A DNA stretch of 63,992 nt, counting the filler, from Octopus bimaculoides (taxonomy: Eukaryota), in assembly GCF_001194135.2 (NCBI RefSeq). It is 8 parts of 8 records of this genome, joined end to end, with 100 filler letters (N's around TTAATTAATTAA, not from the genome) between each part and the next. Parts side by side here need not be neighbours in the genome. Positions count along the whole stretch, not along the records: positions 39,445 to 44,648 come from NC_069002.1; positions 44,749 to 50,575 come from NC_069001.1; positions 50,676 to 59,426 come from NC_068985.1; 5 more parts are not named here. One strand, written 5' to 3'. The notes under the pieces are model-generated. The model worked only from the letters and a program-made list of their open reading frames with translations, did not search any database and had not been told where the DNA came from. Of the stretch, positions 39,690-51,357 are shown piece after piece. Each line of letters opens with the position of its first letter. Position 1 is the first letter of the stretch. A program made the position numbers and the translations under genes.

Positions 39690-40456
39690 ATGACCAAAAA
39701 ATTTCTTTCCTTATTCCTAAATCTATTAAATGTGATAATAACAATAATGATAATAATACTAATAATGATAATCCAATTATCCTAAGTAATGTTACCAATA
39801 ATAACAATTTAATTACCGTAAATAATGGTAAGAAAAGACCTACTAATAATAACCTATCCTGCTTAAACAATAGGAATAAAAATGTAATACAACCTGATAA
39901 ATGCCTACACAACCATATTAACACCAATAAAATACCTAGCTTAAGAAATTATAATAATGACCATAAAAATAAAAATATGAAAATTACTTTACATAACAAG
40001 ATAGATCCCAATAAGAAAACTACAAATGATAATAGAAACAATAAAATAACCCCAAATACTTATGATAACCACAAACCCCCTTCATATTACACATTTAGAA
40101 GAAAAAATTCTATATGGCTTAACGTCCCTTACAACTATGCAGTTTCTACAAACATCTATAAGAAGTTTATGGATATCTTACAAAATAATTTCGACCCTAA
40201 CCATAGATATTATAAAATCTTCTCTCAACACACAATCCGTATCTCATACTCTACTCTCCCCAATATAGGATCTATCATCAATAAGTTAAATAGAAGGAAC
40301 ATTGAACTAGCTAGGACCCTTGAAAATAAAAATTGTCTTATTATCGAGAGCAATACAAATAACTACCAGACAATTAATAACACCAACGCAACCAATAATC
40401 ATGCACATGTTAATGAACATAATAATACTTCAACTGTTAACATAGTTGATGAGATA
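39690..40456 (+). mobile_element. Penelope-like element (PLE) ORF fragment, RT-to-GIY-YIG linker region
   Basis: RRKNSIWLNVPYNYAVSTNIYKKFMDILQNNFDPNHRYYKIFSQHTIRISYSTLPNIGSIINKLN matches the PLE pattern RKRNIIWFNPPYS..V.TNIGK.FL..IDKHF...H...KIFNRNT.K.SYSCMPN. Asn-rich inserts flank it. Confidence 0.82.
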
Positions 40457-41922
40457 NNNNNNNNNNNNNNNNNNNNNNNNNNNNNNNNNNNNNNNNNNNN
40501 NNNNNNNNNNNNNNNNNNNNNNNNNNNNNNNNNNNNNNNNNNNNNNNNNNNNNNNNNNNNNNNNNNNNNNNNNNNNNNNNNNNNNNNNNNNNNNNNNNNN
40601 NNNNNNNNNNNNNNNNNNNNNNNNNNNNNNNNNNNNNNNNNNNNNNNNNNNNNNNNNNNNTATGTGTGCATTGTTACTCCCGCACGTTTAAATATTTTAA
40701 AAAGTAAATATTTTTTAAAAAGTAAATCTTGCTAAATTTTTTAATTTAGTTTCTCTCATTTCCCTGACTAATAACTATTTTATTTAAGTTATAACTTTTA
40801 ATATATACACTTAGAATACATTTTAACCTTTCCCAACCCACTGATAGTATTCCTACATTTTCTCGAGGTTATTCTGAGTCTCTTCTATCTATCACTTTTC
40901 GAAAACCTTAGCTTTAATTCTCTTAATTTAGTCCTGTTTTTCTAACTTTAACTTTTTTCCTCTCCCTTTTTTCCTCTTTTTTCCTCTTTCTTCTTCCCCC
41001 CTTTCTTTCTGTTTGGATTTTGGCCATCAATATTATATTATAGTTTTACTCATAAATAATACTAACCCACATTAATTTATATCTTATTTTAACTGGATAT
41101 GTTTATCTTGTTCTAATTATTATTATCCCTATAGTTTTAAACATAGTAATTTAGCGTTTCTTTGTATTATTCTATTTATACTGTAGAATAGATATATTTC
41201 TTTAATACCTTGACCTTAATTCCCTTACCTTAAATTTTTTCCAAACTCTTACCACTCCTTAGGGTATTACCTTTCCATTTCTTTTTTTTTTTCTCTTTCC
41301 CTCATGCTTGATTTACCCCTAACCTGCTGTCCACCACTACTTAACCTACTTTCCTCTATATTTGAAATTACTACTATCCCTCCAATTAGATTTTAAATTC
41401 TTGTTTGATTCACTTGTCTGTGGAACAGCAGCATAGTCGAGATGATATGTTTTTTTCTCTTACTCTTGTTTTTTGCAAACATCCTCAAAATGACTTTATA
41501 AAATGAAATTCCATNNNNNNNNNNNNNNNNNNNNNNNNNNNNNNNNNNNNNNNNNNNNNNNNNNNNNNNNNNNNNNNNNNNNNNNNNNNNNNNNNNNNNN
41601 NNNNNNNNNNNNNNNNNNNNNNNNNNNNNNNNNNNNNNNNNNNNNNNNNNNNNNNNNNNNNNNNNNNNNNNNNNNNNNNNNNNNNNNNNNNNNNNNNNNN
41701 NNNNNNNNNNNNNNNNNNNNNNNNNNNNNNNNNNNNNNNNNNNNNNNNNNNNNNNNNNNNNNNNNNNNNNNNNNNNNNNNNNNNNNNNNNNTATATATAT
41801 GTATATATACGTATATATCTACTTGTATGTATGTATGTATGTATCCGTCCTCGTTTTCTTTGTATCGTCTGACTGGATGTTTTGTTGTCCCCTTTTTTTT
41901 GTATCACCTAACTTTTGTGTAA

Positions 41923-41948
41923 TACTGTTGTTGCTGTTGTTGTTGTTT

Positions 41949-41980
<32 letters not shown>

Positions 41981-41987
41981 GTTGTTT

Positions 41988-42049
<62 letters not shown>

Positions 42050-42052
42050 GCT
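41923..42052. repeat. (GTT)n microsatellite, probably the tail or target of the adjacent retrotransposon
   Basis: Read directly. Confidence 0.9.
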
Positions 42053-42089
42053 GTTTCACTTTTCAGAGTTGTTGACTTTACTCGCTCCA

Positions 42090-43750
42090 GTTAATTTTGT
42101 AAGAGTGGACAACAACCTATTGGCAAAAATCTCACATGGCCTCATTCCGTGATATTTAATACCCAAGTACCAATCTCAAAATTCTCGCTGTCCCCAACAG
42201 AGCAGTTTTCTGAATAATCTTCTCAACTCACGTCAATTCCTATTTCTTCAACATATTTCTCAAATCTGGTTGTTTTTAGTACTCCCAACGCTCCTACAAA
42301 TGTTGAGAAGACAGTTACTCCCTTCATTGCTCACATTCGTGTAATTTCGTCTTTTAGTAGCTTGTGCTTTTCAGGGTTCTTTCTAGTTCCCAGGCATGGC
42401 AATGTCTATGATCTTGGCTTCCTTCTTCCTTTTCTCCACTACAACAATGTCTAGTCTCCGAGTATCAATCACTGAGTTACACTGGATCGTAAAATCCCAA
42501 AGATCTTATACTCATTATTTTCGGTGACGCTTTTTGGGTTTATGCTCATACCATTGTTGTGTTCTTTCAAGACCGTATTAGGGCCAGTTTACTCTACTCA
42601 CTCATAATATATGAGATTGTTTCGTTTTTGCTGCCACAGTTCCTACAAAGGAGCAATTCACTGTTCTTATCTATTTGGGACTTGGTGTTATTCGTTCTCA
42701 GAGTTTGTTCCAGGGCGTTGCCTATCAATGCCTCAGTGCATCCTTTCAAACCATTTTGCCTTAGCCACTTCCACTTGTTGGTCTTGTTTCCCTTCGATTT
42801 CTCTGTGATATTGCACATGCATCGTTTTCATTTTGCAATTGTCTAATCTTTATTCTACATCTTGTTTCTTAAATATCTTGAGAGCATCATGTTTTCGGTA
42901 AGCATCATGTTGCTATTTCTAACAGCAGCAAACAAGGGTTCAATCTGTTGTTTGACGTAGCATACCAGTGTTTTTCTAATTGACAACACAAATCTTGCAT
43001 CTTATGAGACTTCTTCCTACCTATTACTTAGGTACATTCAGTCTATCGGTCCTTGTTCATTGTCTCACTTTCCTCGTTTCCCTATCCATTTCCTCAATCT
43101 CATTCTTTGTTTACCTAACATCACCTGCGCCGTATCACCTTAAGGAGACAGCCCATGTATTCGTTGCTTTGATCTTGTTCTTTCTATTGAGTCTAGTCTC
43201 CATAATTGATCTGGTTTTTCTCAGGTATTCTCGTCTAAAGCTTTCCTTCATCTCTCTTTGATTTTTTCATACTCCAAAATACCCAGATACTTATATCCAT
43301 CCATCTCAACATCCTTGATTCTCTCACCGCTGGATAGTTCTACACCATCAGATGACACTACTTTGCCATTTTTATCCTAATTTTTTAAATCCCAAATTCC
43401 ATCTCGATATCCTTACTGAATATCTGTACTGTTGAAACCAAGCCATTTATTTCACGTCCACACTTAACGAAGATCTTTAAGTTATCTAAATATAACAGGT
43501 AATTTAACTTTTATCCAGTTTTCAAGGTGTACCCCGATATCACTTTCCGTAATATCTGTGTGAGGGGTATCACACAAATCAAATATAGCAATAGTGAAAT
43601 AACCTGATGTTAACCCACACCAAACATTTTCCACACGGTGTTAACCCTGAGTTCCATTTCTCCATCGATCTCCATATAACATTTAAATGCGATCAGATAC
43701 GTTGTTGTTTTCTTTCTTCCTTCTGTTTTGTTTCCATTTCTTGCCGAGTG
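42090..43750 (-). mobile_element. R4/Dong-like non-LTR retrotransposon (RT + CCHC-type knuckle + restriction-like endonuclease), degenerate and 5'-truncated
   Basis: Minus-strand peptides LLYLDNLKIFVKCGREINGLVSTVQIFSKDIEMEFG (degenerate YxDD), GKVVSSDGVELSSGERIKDVEMDGYKYLGILE, CRNCGSKNETISYIMSE and YKILWDFTIQ...RLDIVVVEK...KIIDIAMPG. Many stops and frameshifts. Confidence 0.88.
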
Positions 43751-44170
43751 TCTTCCCGATACCTAGGACAAAGAAACTTACTGTATATATTGCTAGGCCG
43801 TTAAAATAAACACACCAGATTATTCATTTACAAAAACAAATGAATCTATATAAAAAGAAAAAAATTAAGATACGTGGGTGGTAATCGTTCTCACAACGAC
43901 AATGTTAAAATAATCTTTTGCCGTTCTTGAATGGATGGTAAGCCAGGAATCATTCTTGAATAATTTTCAGTTCCTTTTTTGATCATACCTAATTATCCTA
44001 CAATCCTACAATCACTGATATTGTTGCCGCCTTGAGATGCCACTTTTTTCTTTTTTTTTTTTTGCAATTTCAATGAGCAAACTTTTGGATTTTCTTTTTT
44101 TTTTTTCTGAAATCTAATACGTAACAATCAGCGACTCTGTTATCGTTACTACAGCACCTATGACAACATA

Positions 44171-44201
<31 letters not shown>

Positions 44202-44593
44202 GTTCAGTAGTTTAATTTTTATAACGTGCTTTCACTTCACTACCGAGCGCAGCTCTGTGCGCCTTGGGTATGTGCTGTGGTTTGCTGTGATGCTCTTATG
44301 GTTACTGCATTGAAAGTGTTTTGCATAGGATGTATGCAGTGCCCAGTAGTGCAGTGCCCAGTAGTGCAATTTTCTGTATGTTATATATATTTGTAAGTCC
44401 TGGTGTTTTTGTTATGTATTTGTCTGAATATTTCTTTATTATACCTAAGGCACCTACTATGATAGGAATTGTTTCTGTTTTTAGATTCGACATTCGAGTT
44501 ACCTCTATTTCCAGGTCTTTGTATTTTGAAAGTTTTTTCATTTCTTTTAGGGAAACGTTGTCATCTGCTGGTATTGATACATCAATTAGAAAG

Positions 44594-44594
<1 letters not shown>
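44202..44594 (-). mobile_element. 5'-truncated R4/Dong-like element (REL C-terminus + 3' UTR) flanked by (TAA)n
   Basis: KKLSKYKDLEIEVTRMSNLKTETIPIIVGALGIIKK...IQKIALLGTALLGTAYILCKTLSMQ*. (TTA)n repeats lie at 44171-44201 and 44595-44623. Confidence 0.88.
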
Positions 44595-44624
<30 letters not shown>

Positions 44625-44748
44625 TTATGTTTGACTTTTGTTTTGCATNNNNNNNNNNNNNNNNNNNNNNNNNNNNNNNNNNNNNNNNNNNNTTAATTAA
44701 TTAANNNNNNNNNNNNNNNNNNNNNNNNNNNNNNNNNNNNNNNNNNNN

Positions 44749-44998
44749 AAACACACCAGCATCGGTTGTCAAGCGATGTTGGGGGGACAAACACAGACAT
44801 ACAAACACATACACACATACATATATATATATACGACAGGCTTCTTTCAGTTTCCGTCTACCAAATCCACTCACAAGGCTTTGGTCGGCCCGAGGCTATA
44901 GTAAAAGACACTTGCCCAAGATGCCACGCAGTGGGACTGAACCCGGGACCATGTGGTTGGTAAGCAAACTACTTACCACACAGCCACTCCTACGCCTG
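44749..44998 (-). mobile_element. SINE family A 5' two-thirds
   Basis: cttgcccaagatgccacgcagtgggactgaacccgggaccatgtggttggtaagcaaactacttaccacacagccactcctacgcct is the revcomp of the family A head. Confidence 0.85.
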
Positions 44999-45478
44999 TA
45001 TATATATATATATATATAAAATACACTTTAATTGGAATACAGTTTCCCAAAAATTAAACATATCTTATACAATAAACATGAATGTCAGGGTGTCACACTT
45101 TTTCAACTTTACTCCTAGAGGCCGTAGTCCAATATGTCATACCGTTTTGGAATCAGGCTGACTCTATGGGTAAATTAAAAACTTTCCAAGCCAAATCCAG
45201 ACTTGCAATCCTGAAATTTCGGATTCCTATGTTTTCATTACAGTGATTGTTTTTGGTGAATTTTTTTTACATGAATTTTTTGCATCAAATATGATCATCA
45301 TTGGGAAATGACTCTGGAGGAAGCAATTGCAACAAATTCTCCAAAACAAGTCAGAGATTTGTTTGCAGATCTTCCCATTCGGGGTTAGTTGCTTACATAC
45401 TAGCTTAAAAGTCACCCAATAGGACAGTTTTTAAGCTAGTACATGTATATATATATATATATATATATACATATATAC

Positions 45479-45511
<33 letters not shown>

Positions 45512-45988
45512 GCCAAGCGGACCTTTTGTTTATTTGGGTTATTATCTCCATATCTGCTCACTTAGATTCCTCTTACAGACATTCTTTACTTGGTGAACTT
45601 TGTACTCAGTAAAGATTTTGGAGTGCAAGTTCAAATCATTTGAGCACTACTAATTGTTTTCTATACTGAACATCTCAGGATTTCATCCGTCGACTATATT
45701 TGTGTGTGTGTGTGAGTGGATGTCAAATAATGATGATGAAGAGGAGGAGAAATTTAAAGAGAGAAAGAAGGAGAAAGAAAGACACACACAAACACACATG
45801 TAAAATAAAACTAAGAGCATGTTAGAACACTACTTTCAAATGTTGAACTTCAGTGAAATTTTATGATAGTGCTTGAGACACAATGGGGATCATTAAAACA
45901 TAAAAAATGTTTTACAACAATGACTTTACAACATCATCATAGAAAAACTGAGGAAACAACAAACCAACAAGAAAACACNNNNNNNNNN

Positions 45989-46049
<61 letters not shown>

Positions 46050-46689
46050 GTGCAATCTAAACGTTTGTTTGACAAACAGCCAGTACTAAGAATTCCATGT
46101 GTATTTCCGTTCATGTATTATATGTATATCCTTTGTTAGGAGTTTGGGTTTGTGTGTCACACAGGTTATATGTAGAAAATAAAACAAAACATGAGAGATT
46201 GTTTATAAGGTATTTTGTTACAACATCTTACGTACATTTCATTGAACAAAATGTGATTATGAGTTAGTTACATAATGCAAATTACATAAGATCAAATCAT
46301 CAGAGATATGTAACTATTACTGATTGAAAAGATGACAGTATTCACCATTGTGCCATCTTGAAAAAATAAAATGGGAGTGAGGAAGGTCACATTGGGTAAT
46401 GGAGTTCTAAGCAACACTAAAATGACATTGATGGATCTGGCTGGACATGTTTTTGGTGACAGGTCTGGTGGATCAAGGCTGACCTGGGGCTAAACAGCAA
46501 CAACCATCTCAGAGAAAGGAAGATATCTTACAAGAATTAAGTCCAAATTCCAGTGGAAAGAAAGAAAGGTAGGATAGAAGGAATGACAGAAAGAAAGAAA
46601 AAGAAATTAAAAAGAAAAAAAAAGAATAGAAACAAAAAAAATAGAGAGGCACAGAGGGATAGAATCTTGAAGAGAAAGGCAAAGGCCGA

Positions 46690-46851
46690 TACAGCTTGGC
46701 ACCAGTGACGTAGCAAATCATTTCTACAGCTGAGTGAACTGGAGCAACATGAAATAAAGTCTCTCGCTCAAGAACACAACACAAAACCCCATCAAGGAAT
46801 TGAACCCACTACCTCATGATTGTGAGCCCAACGCTCTAACCACTGAGCCAT

Positions 46852-46856
<5 letters not shown>
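46690..46856 (-). mobile_element. tRNA-derived SINE family D; second copy at 50408-50545 (+)
   Basis: Revcomp gtgcatggctcagtggttagagcgttgggctcacaatc...ttcttgagcgagagactttatttcatgttgctccagttcactcagctg matches 50408-50545. The central block resembles the Deu/Nin SINE domain (from memory). Confidence 0.75.
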
Positions 46857-46896
<40 letters not shown>

Positions 46897-47191
46897 ATAT
46901 ATATTATATATATAATATATATAATATATATATAATATATATATATAATATATATCAGTTTCCATCTACCACATGTACTCACAAGGCTTTGTTCAGCCCA
47001 AAGCTGTATGTAGTAGCAGACAATTGTACTAGGTACCATTCAGATTGGACCCAGAACTGTGTGGCTGGGGAGTGAACTTCTTACAATGCCGGAACGCATG
47101 TACCTATATACATGTTAAATGATGATGATGATAAAATAGAGTAAAATAAAATTAAATAAAAAGTGTCCTCAGCCGCAAGGTTGAAACTCAC

Positions 47192-47295
47192 CTCATAAAC
47201 TCTGAATCGAACCACATCATTTGTCTTCATAATGGAGTCCAACACTGCATGTAGATCACTCTGGAAGAGTTGCTGTAGACTCTCAGGACAGTCTC
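47192..47295 (-). CDS. PSMD5: Next internal coding exon of PSMD5
   Basis: Minus strand reads ctgttatag|GAGACTGT...GTTTATGAG|gtgagt. The 104-nt exon is phase 1 to 0 and encodes (G)DCPESLQQLFQSDLHAVLDSIMKTNDVVRFRVYE, versus recalled human [30 protein letters not shown]. The two exons total 240 nt = 80 uninterrupted codons. Confidence 0.9.
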
Positions 47296-47349
47296 CTATA
47301 ACAGTGAACCACAATATATACAATGCACATATATACAGACACACACATT

Positions 47350-47772
47350 ATATATACATAAATGCACACACATACATATATACATACATACATACACATA
47401 CATATATATACATACACACATATATACATACATACACACATATATACATACATACACACATATATACATACATACACACATATATACATACATACACACA
47501 TATATACATACATACACACATACATACATACATATATATACATACATACACACATATATATACATACATACACACATATATACATACATACACACATATA
47601 TACATACATACACACATATATACATACATACACACATATATACATACATACACACATATATACATACATACACACATACATACATACATATATATACATA
47701 CATACACACATATATATACATACATACACATACACACACACACACACATACATACATACACACACACACACA
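47350..47772. repeat. 20-bp minisatellite (catacatacacacatatata)n in the PSMD5 intron
   Basis: Read directly; about 18-20 units with variants. Confidence 0.9.
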
Positions 47773-48169
47773 TTTGTAAAAATATATGACAATTATTCGG
47801 TAGCCATGATAAAAATCCCAGTTTTGGATACCGGGACGGAAACCAACACCACCATCTCTTCAGTTATCTGGCCACACGTCAATATACGCACATGCCCAAG
47901 AAAAAAACAGGGCTAAAGGCAAAATACAGAAAGAAGTGTAAAAAAGTGTGAAAAGGCTATAAGGGCAAAACGAGTCTATATGCGCATATTCTCGCATGCA
48001 CACACATACATTTATATATGCACGTACCCGCATACATCCACAAGTACGCACAAAAGCTTCCATGTACACGTCTATAGACACACAGGGAAAAAAGCAGGGT
48101 GGAAGGGAGAATAGAGAAAAAGTATGTGTGAAAAATATACAAAACATTATGTAAAAAAATATGTAAGAA

Positions 48170-48510
48170 ATCTATGTAAAAAGTATAGAGAGATAAAAAG
48201 CTTGTACATAGACACAATATAGAAAGCAAGTCCTATCAGTAATCTCGGGGGGACAAAAGCGTAGCAAATATCTAGCCACATGTGGACATGATCCAAAAAG
48301 TTCAGTTCTTGAATTTAGACATGTGGCAGGGTCTAAGCTGCCTTTCCAGATGAGCCATCTTTCCATATCACAAAGACCGCACTTTCGACTGCCATTGGTG
48401 TAAGGTTTACACTTGGCTAAGATCTTCCAATGGATGTTGTAACTGACACCTTTATCTTTTAAGGACCATATATGACTGGATAATTTGGTCGTTTTCCTTT
48501 TAAGGACCAT
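48170..48510 (-). mobile_element. PLE C-terminal fragment (post-GIY-YIG Cys-rich region) inside the PSMD5 intron
   Basis: TTKLSSHIWSLKDKGVSYNIHWKILAKCKPYTNGSRKCGLCDMERWLI...CLNSRTELFGSCPH matches the PLE pattern T.LS.YIW.LK......I.W.I......Y......C.LC..E...I...LN.RSE....CRH. Confidence 0.88.
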
Positions 48511-48688
48511 ATAATATTGAGGTCTCTTTCTTTCTTTTGTTGTCTTTTCTATCTATCTAATGATTCGAAATGAGTAACTCAGAGCACTGAAGACTTTCAG
48601 TTACAATGATTTAAAGAATTCTCTACACTCATGTATTGAGTCCTATAATTTATTGGCTCTGGTGACTCAACATGTATAAATACATACA

Positions 48689-48727
<39 letters not shown>

Positions 48728-48741
48728 TATACTATACTTAC

Positions 48742-48877
48742 CGAGTTTGTTAAGGATAGAAGCAGAAGATGTAGCTATTTGTAAATTGTCTTCTGCCAAT
48801 AGTTGCAGCAGACAGGAAAGAAACTGGTGATTCTTGGCCAAATAGACTTCAAATAAATCAGATGGAAGACGCTTTAA
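48742..48877 (-). CDS. PSMD5: Internal coding exon of 26S proteasome non-ATPase regulatory subunit 5 (S5b, ARM/HEAT-repeat assembly chaperone)
   Basis: Minus strand reads ttttacttttag|TTAAAGCGT...AAACTCG|gtaagt. The 136-nt exon is phase 0 to 1 and encodes LKRLPSDLFEVYLAKNHQFLSCLLQLLAEDNLQIATSSASILNKL(G). This aligns from memory with human PSMD5 [46 protein letters not shown]. It splices in frame to 47192-47295. Confidence 0.85.
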
Positions 48878-49334
48878 CTAAAAGTAAAAGAAAATAAACA
48901 ACAGCAGTTAATGTATGTATATATATAGACACTACATATGTGTGTGTGTGTATAAACAAAATCAAACACACATATGCAAGGTATGTGTGTTGTTAGTTCA
49001 TGGGTCAGCTGCAGATTTTAGGTGTAAGAAAATACATTCTCAGTGCACCTGGTGTAAAAAACACCTAAGTCAAGTAAGACAACTCACATAGGTCCCTTCT
49101 CAAAGCGACAGACAATGTTTCGTCATTGTTTTGACTTACCAATGCGGCATACCAAACAAGGCTTGCTGCAAGCCATATCACTGAGAATGACCTCATGCTA
49201 AATGGTTTAGACGCTGTCTGCTGACATGTCCCAACGTTTCATGCTACAGAAAAAATTCAAATACGTATAATGTGCGTACCCATTTCTGTGTGTATACATG
49301 CCTGCAAGAGAGAGAGAGAGAGAAAGAGATTGTT

Positions 49335-49536
49335 AACTCTTTTACTTGTTTCAGTAATTTGACTGTGGCCATGCTGGAGCACCACCTTTAGTCGAGCAAA
49401 TCCACCCCAGGACTTATTCTTTGTAAGCCTAGTACTTATTCTATCGGTCTATTTTGCCGAACCGCTAAGTTACGGGGACGTAAACACACCGGCATCGGTT
49501 GTCAAGCAATGGTGGGGGACAAACACAGACACACAA

Positions 49537-49600
<64 letters not shown>

Positions 49601-49765
49601 GATGGGCTTCTTTCAGTTTCTGTCTACCAAATCCACTCACAAGGCTTTGGTCAGCCCGAGGCTATAGTAAAAGACACTTGCCCAAGATGCCACGCAGTGG
49701 GAATGAACCCGGAACCATGTGGTTGGTAAGCAAGCTACTTACCACACAGCCATTCCTGCGCCTGT
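49335..49765 (-). mobile_element. SINE family A, full length
   Basis: Revcomp of head, core, (TA)n insert and tail. Confidence 0.9.
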
Positions 49766-50699
49766 TTCTTTACATATGTATGAAAATACTGTCTAACCTT
49801 CTTTTGTTTTTTAAGATTTTAAGGTGTGAGACTTAAGGTGAGATTTGGCTGCTATTTCTAGCAATAAGTAGAAGCTATCTCATTGGTTCCATTCTGGTTT
49901 GCCAAACTAGCAGAGGCAAAAATTATCTCCCCTCAGTGTTTTAACCAGATTCATGACCTCCAAAAGTGTGGTAGGAAAGGAGAGAGAGAAAGAGAGAGAG
50001 AGGAAGTCAGCCTTAAACAAGAGACCTGAACCCAAAGGCTTGCAATAAAGTAGACACTGCAAAAGGAACCGAAGGACCAGGCAGTGGTGGTGGTCTTAAA
50101 CTGGACCCCTTATTAAGTCTACCACCAGGAAATCAGAACTGCATCTTTGGACAAGTTTCTACATAACTGCCATCCAAATGGCACCAACAAATCTTTGGCT
50201 GACCCTCAAACCACATAGTTTGGAAAGCAAACTTGACCCTTTAACATTCAGATGGCAACAGAAAGGGCATGCAGCCAGAGAAAATCTGCCTGGAAAAATG
50301 GATGTCAAACGATGATGATGATGATAACGACAATTACTCTGTGAAATGTTAATGCTTATTTATTCACATCGTTTTGAATTAACTACTCATTATCTTGTAG
50401 CTTTGTGAAGGTGCATGGCGAAGTGGTTAAGGTATTCAGTTCACAATTGCAAGGTTGAGAGTTCAATTCTTAGCAATGTGCTGTGCCCTTAAGCAAGACA
50501 CTTTATTTCATGTTGCTCCAGTCCACTCAGCTGGCAAAAATAACAGACAGAGTGCCATATATATATATATATATANNNNNNNNNNNNNNNNNNNNNNNNN
50601 NNNNNNNNNNNNNNNNNNNTTAATTAATTAANNNNNNNNNNNNNNNNNNNNNNNNNNNNNNNNNNNNNNNNNNNNCCGATCCCTTTTGATCGGATTTGT

Positions 50700-51075
50700 T
50701 ATATATATATATAAGCCCACCCACCCCCACAAACACTCCTACCTCTCCCTCACATTCCTTCCCATCCAACCTCAATCCATCCCTTGCACCCCACCCCTAC
50801 ACCCTCTTCCACATACTCCACCTCTACCCCAAACCTCTACCTACCCGCATACCTCTACCTCTACCCATACTTTCCCCACTCTCACCTCCCCCACTTCCCA
50901 ACAGCATCACATCACATCACACCACGCTACACTATATCACACAACACATCACATCACAACACACCACCACGCACACACCAGCACTGACCAATTCCCATCC
51001 TCACATTTTCAAATCTTCACACCTACATACACACATGCATACGTTAAGATCAACAGCATTCTCTCACACACACAC
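50700..51075. repeat. C-rich low-complexity region (CCA/CAC/ACATC motifs)
   Basis: Compositional bias read directly; yields Pro/His/Thr pseudo-ORFs. Confidence 0.7.
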
Positions 51076-51104
51076 ACACCTTCGTTTGAGGATCACTACT
51101 ACAT

Positions 51105-51357
51105 TGTTATTTCCCCTTCTTCTTAACTCTCCTGTGTGATCCTTCTGTCCGGCATTCACCGTGATAGATCGCTAACCACAAAACATATTTTTTCTCTCCT
51201 TGTTTCTCTCCTTATTTCTTTCTGTGTTCATTTCTGTTGAAAAGCGTAGGTACGAATCGTTAAAGATTTTCTCTATTCCCGAGCGTTATACTAATACATC
51301 CATTTGTTGTTTACACCACCTGTCTTCGTCTGTTGTTTTTTTCGTGAATTCTCCTAT
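51105..51357 (+). mobile_element. Copy of the hammerhead-like short repeat family
   Basis: Homologous to 2525-2690 and to revcomp 23990-24210. The motif at 51231-51266 is decayed (GAAUC for GAAAC). Confidence 0.65.

Noticed and set aside
45227-45415. Candidate next PSMD5 exon
   Set aside because: No frame matches the expected LIIEISSVSPESL...GLVTQLLREL region, and there are no convincing splice sites.
47350-47772. Regularly spaced repeats as a CRISPR-like array
   Set aside because: There are no unique spacers; it is a plain eukaryotic minisatellite.
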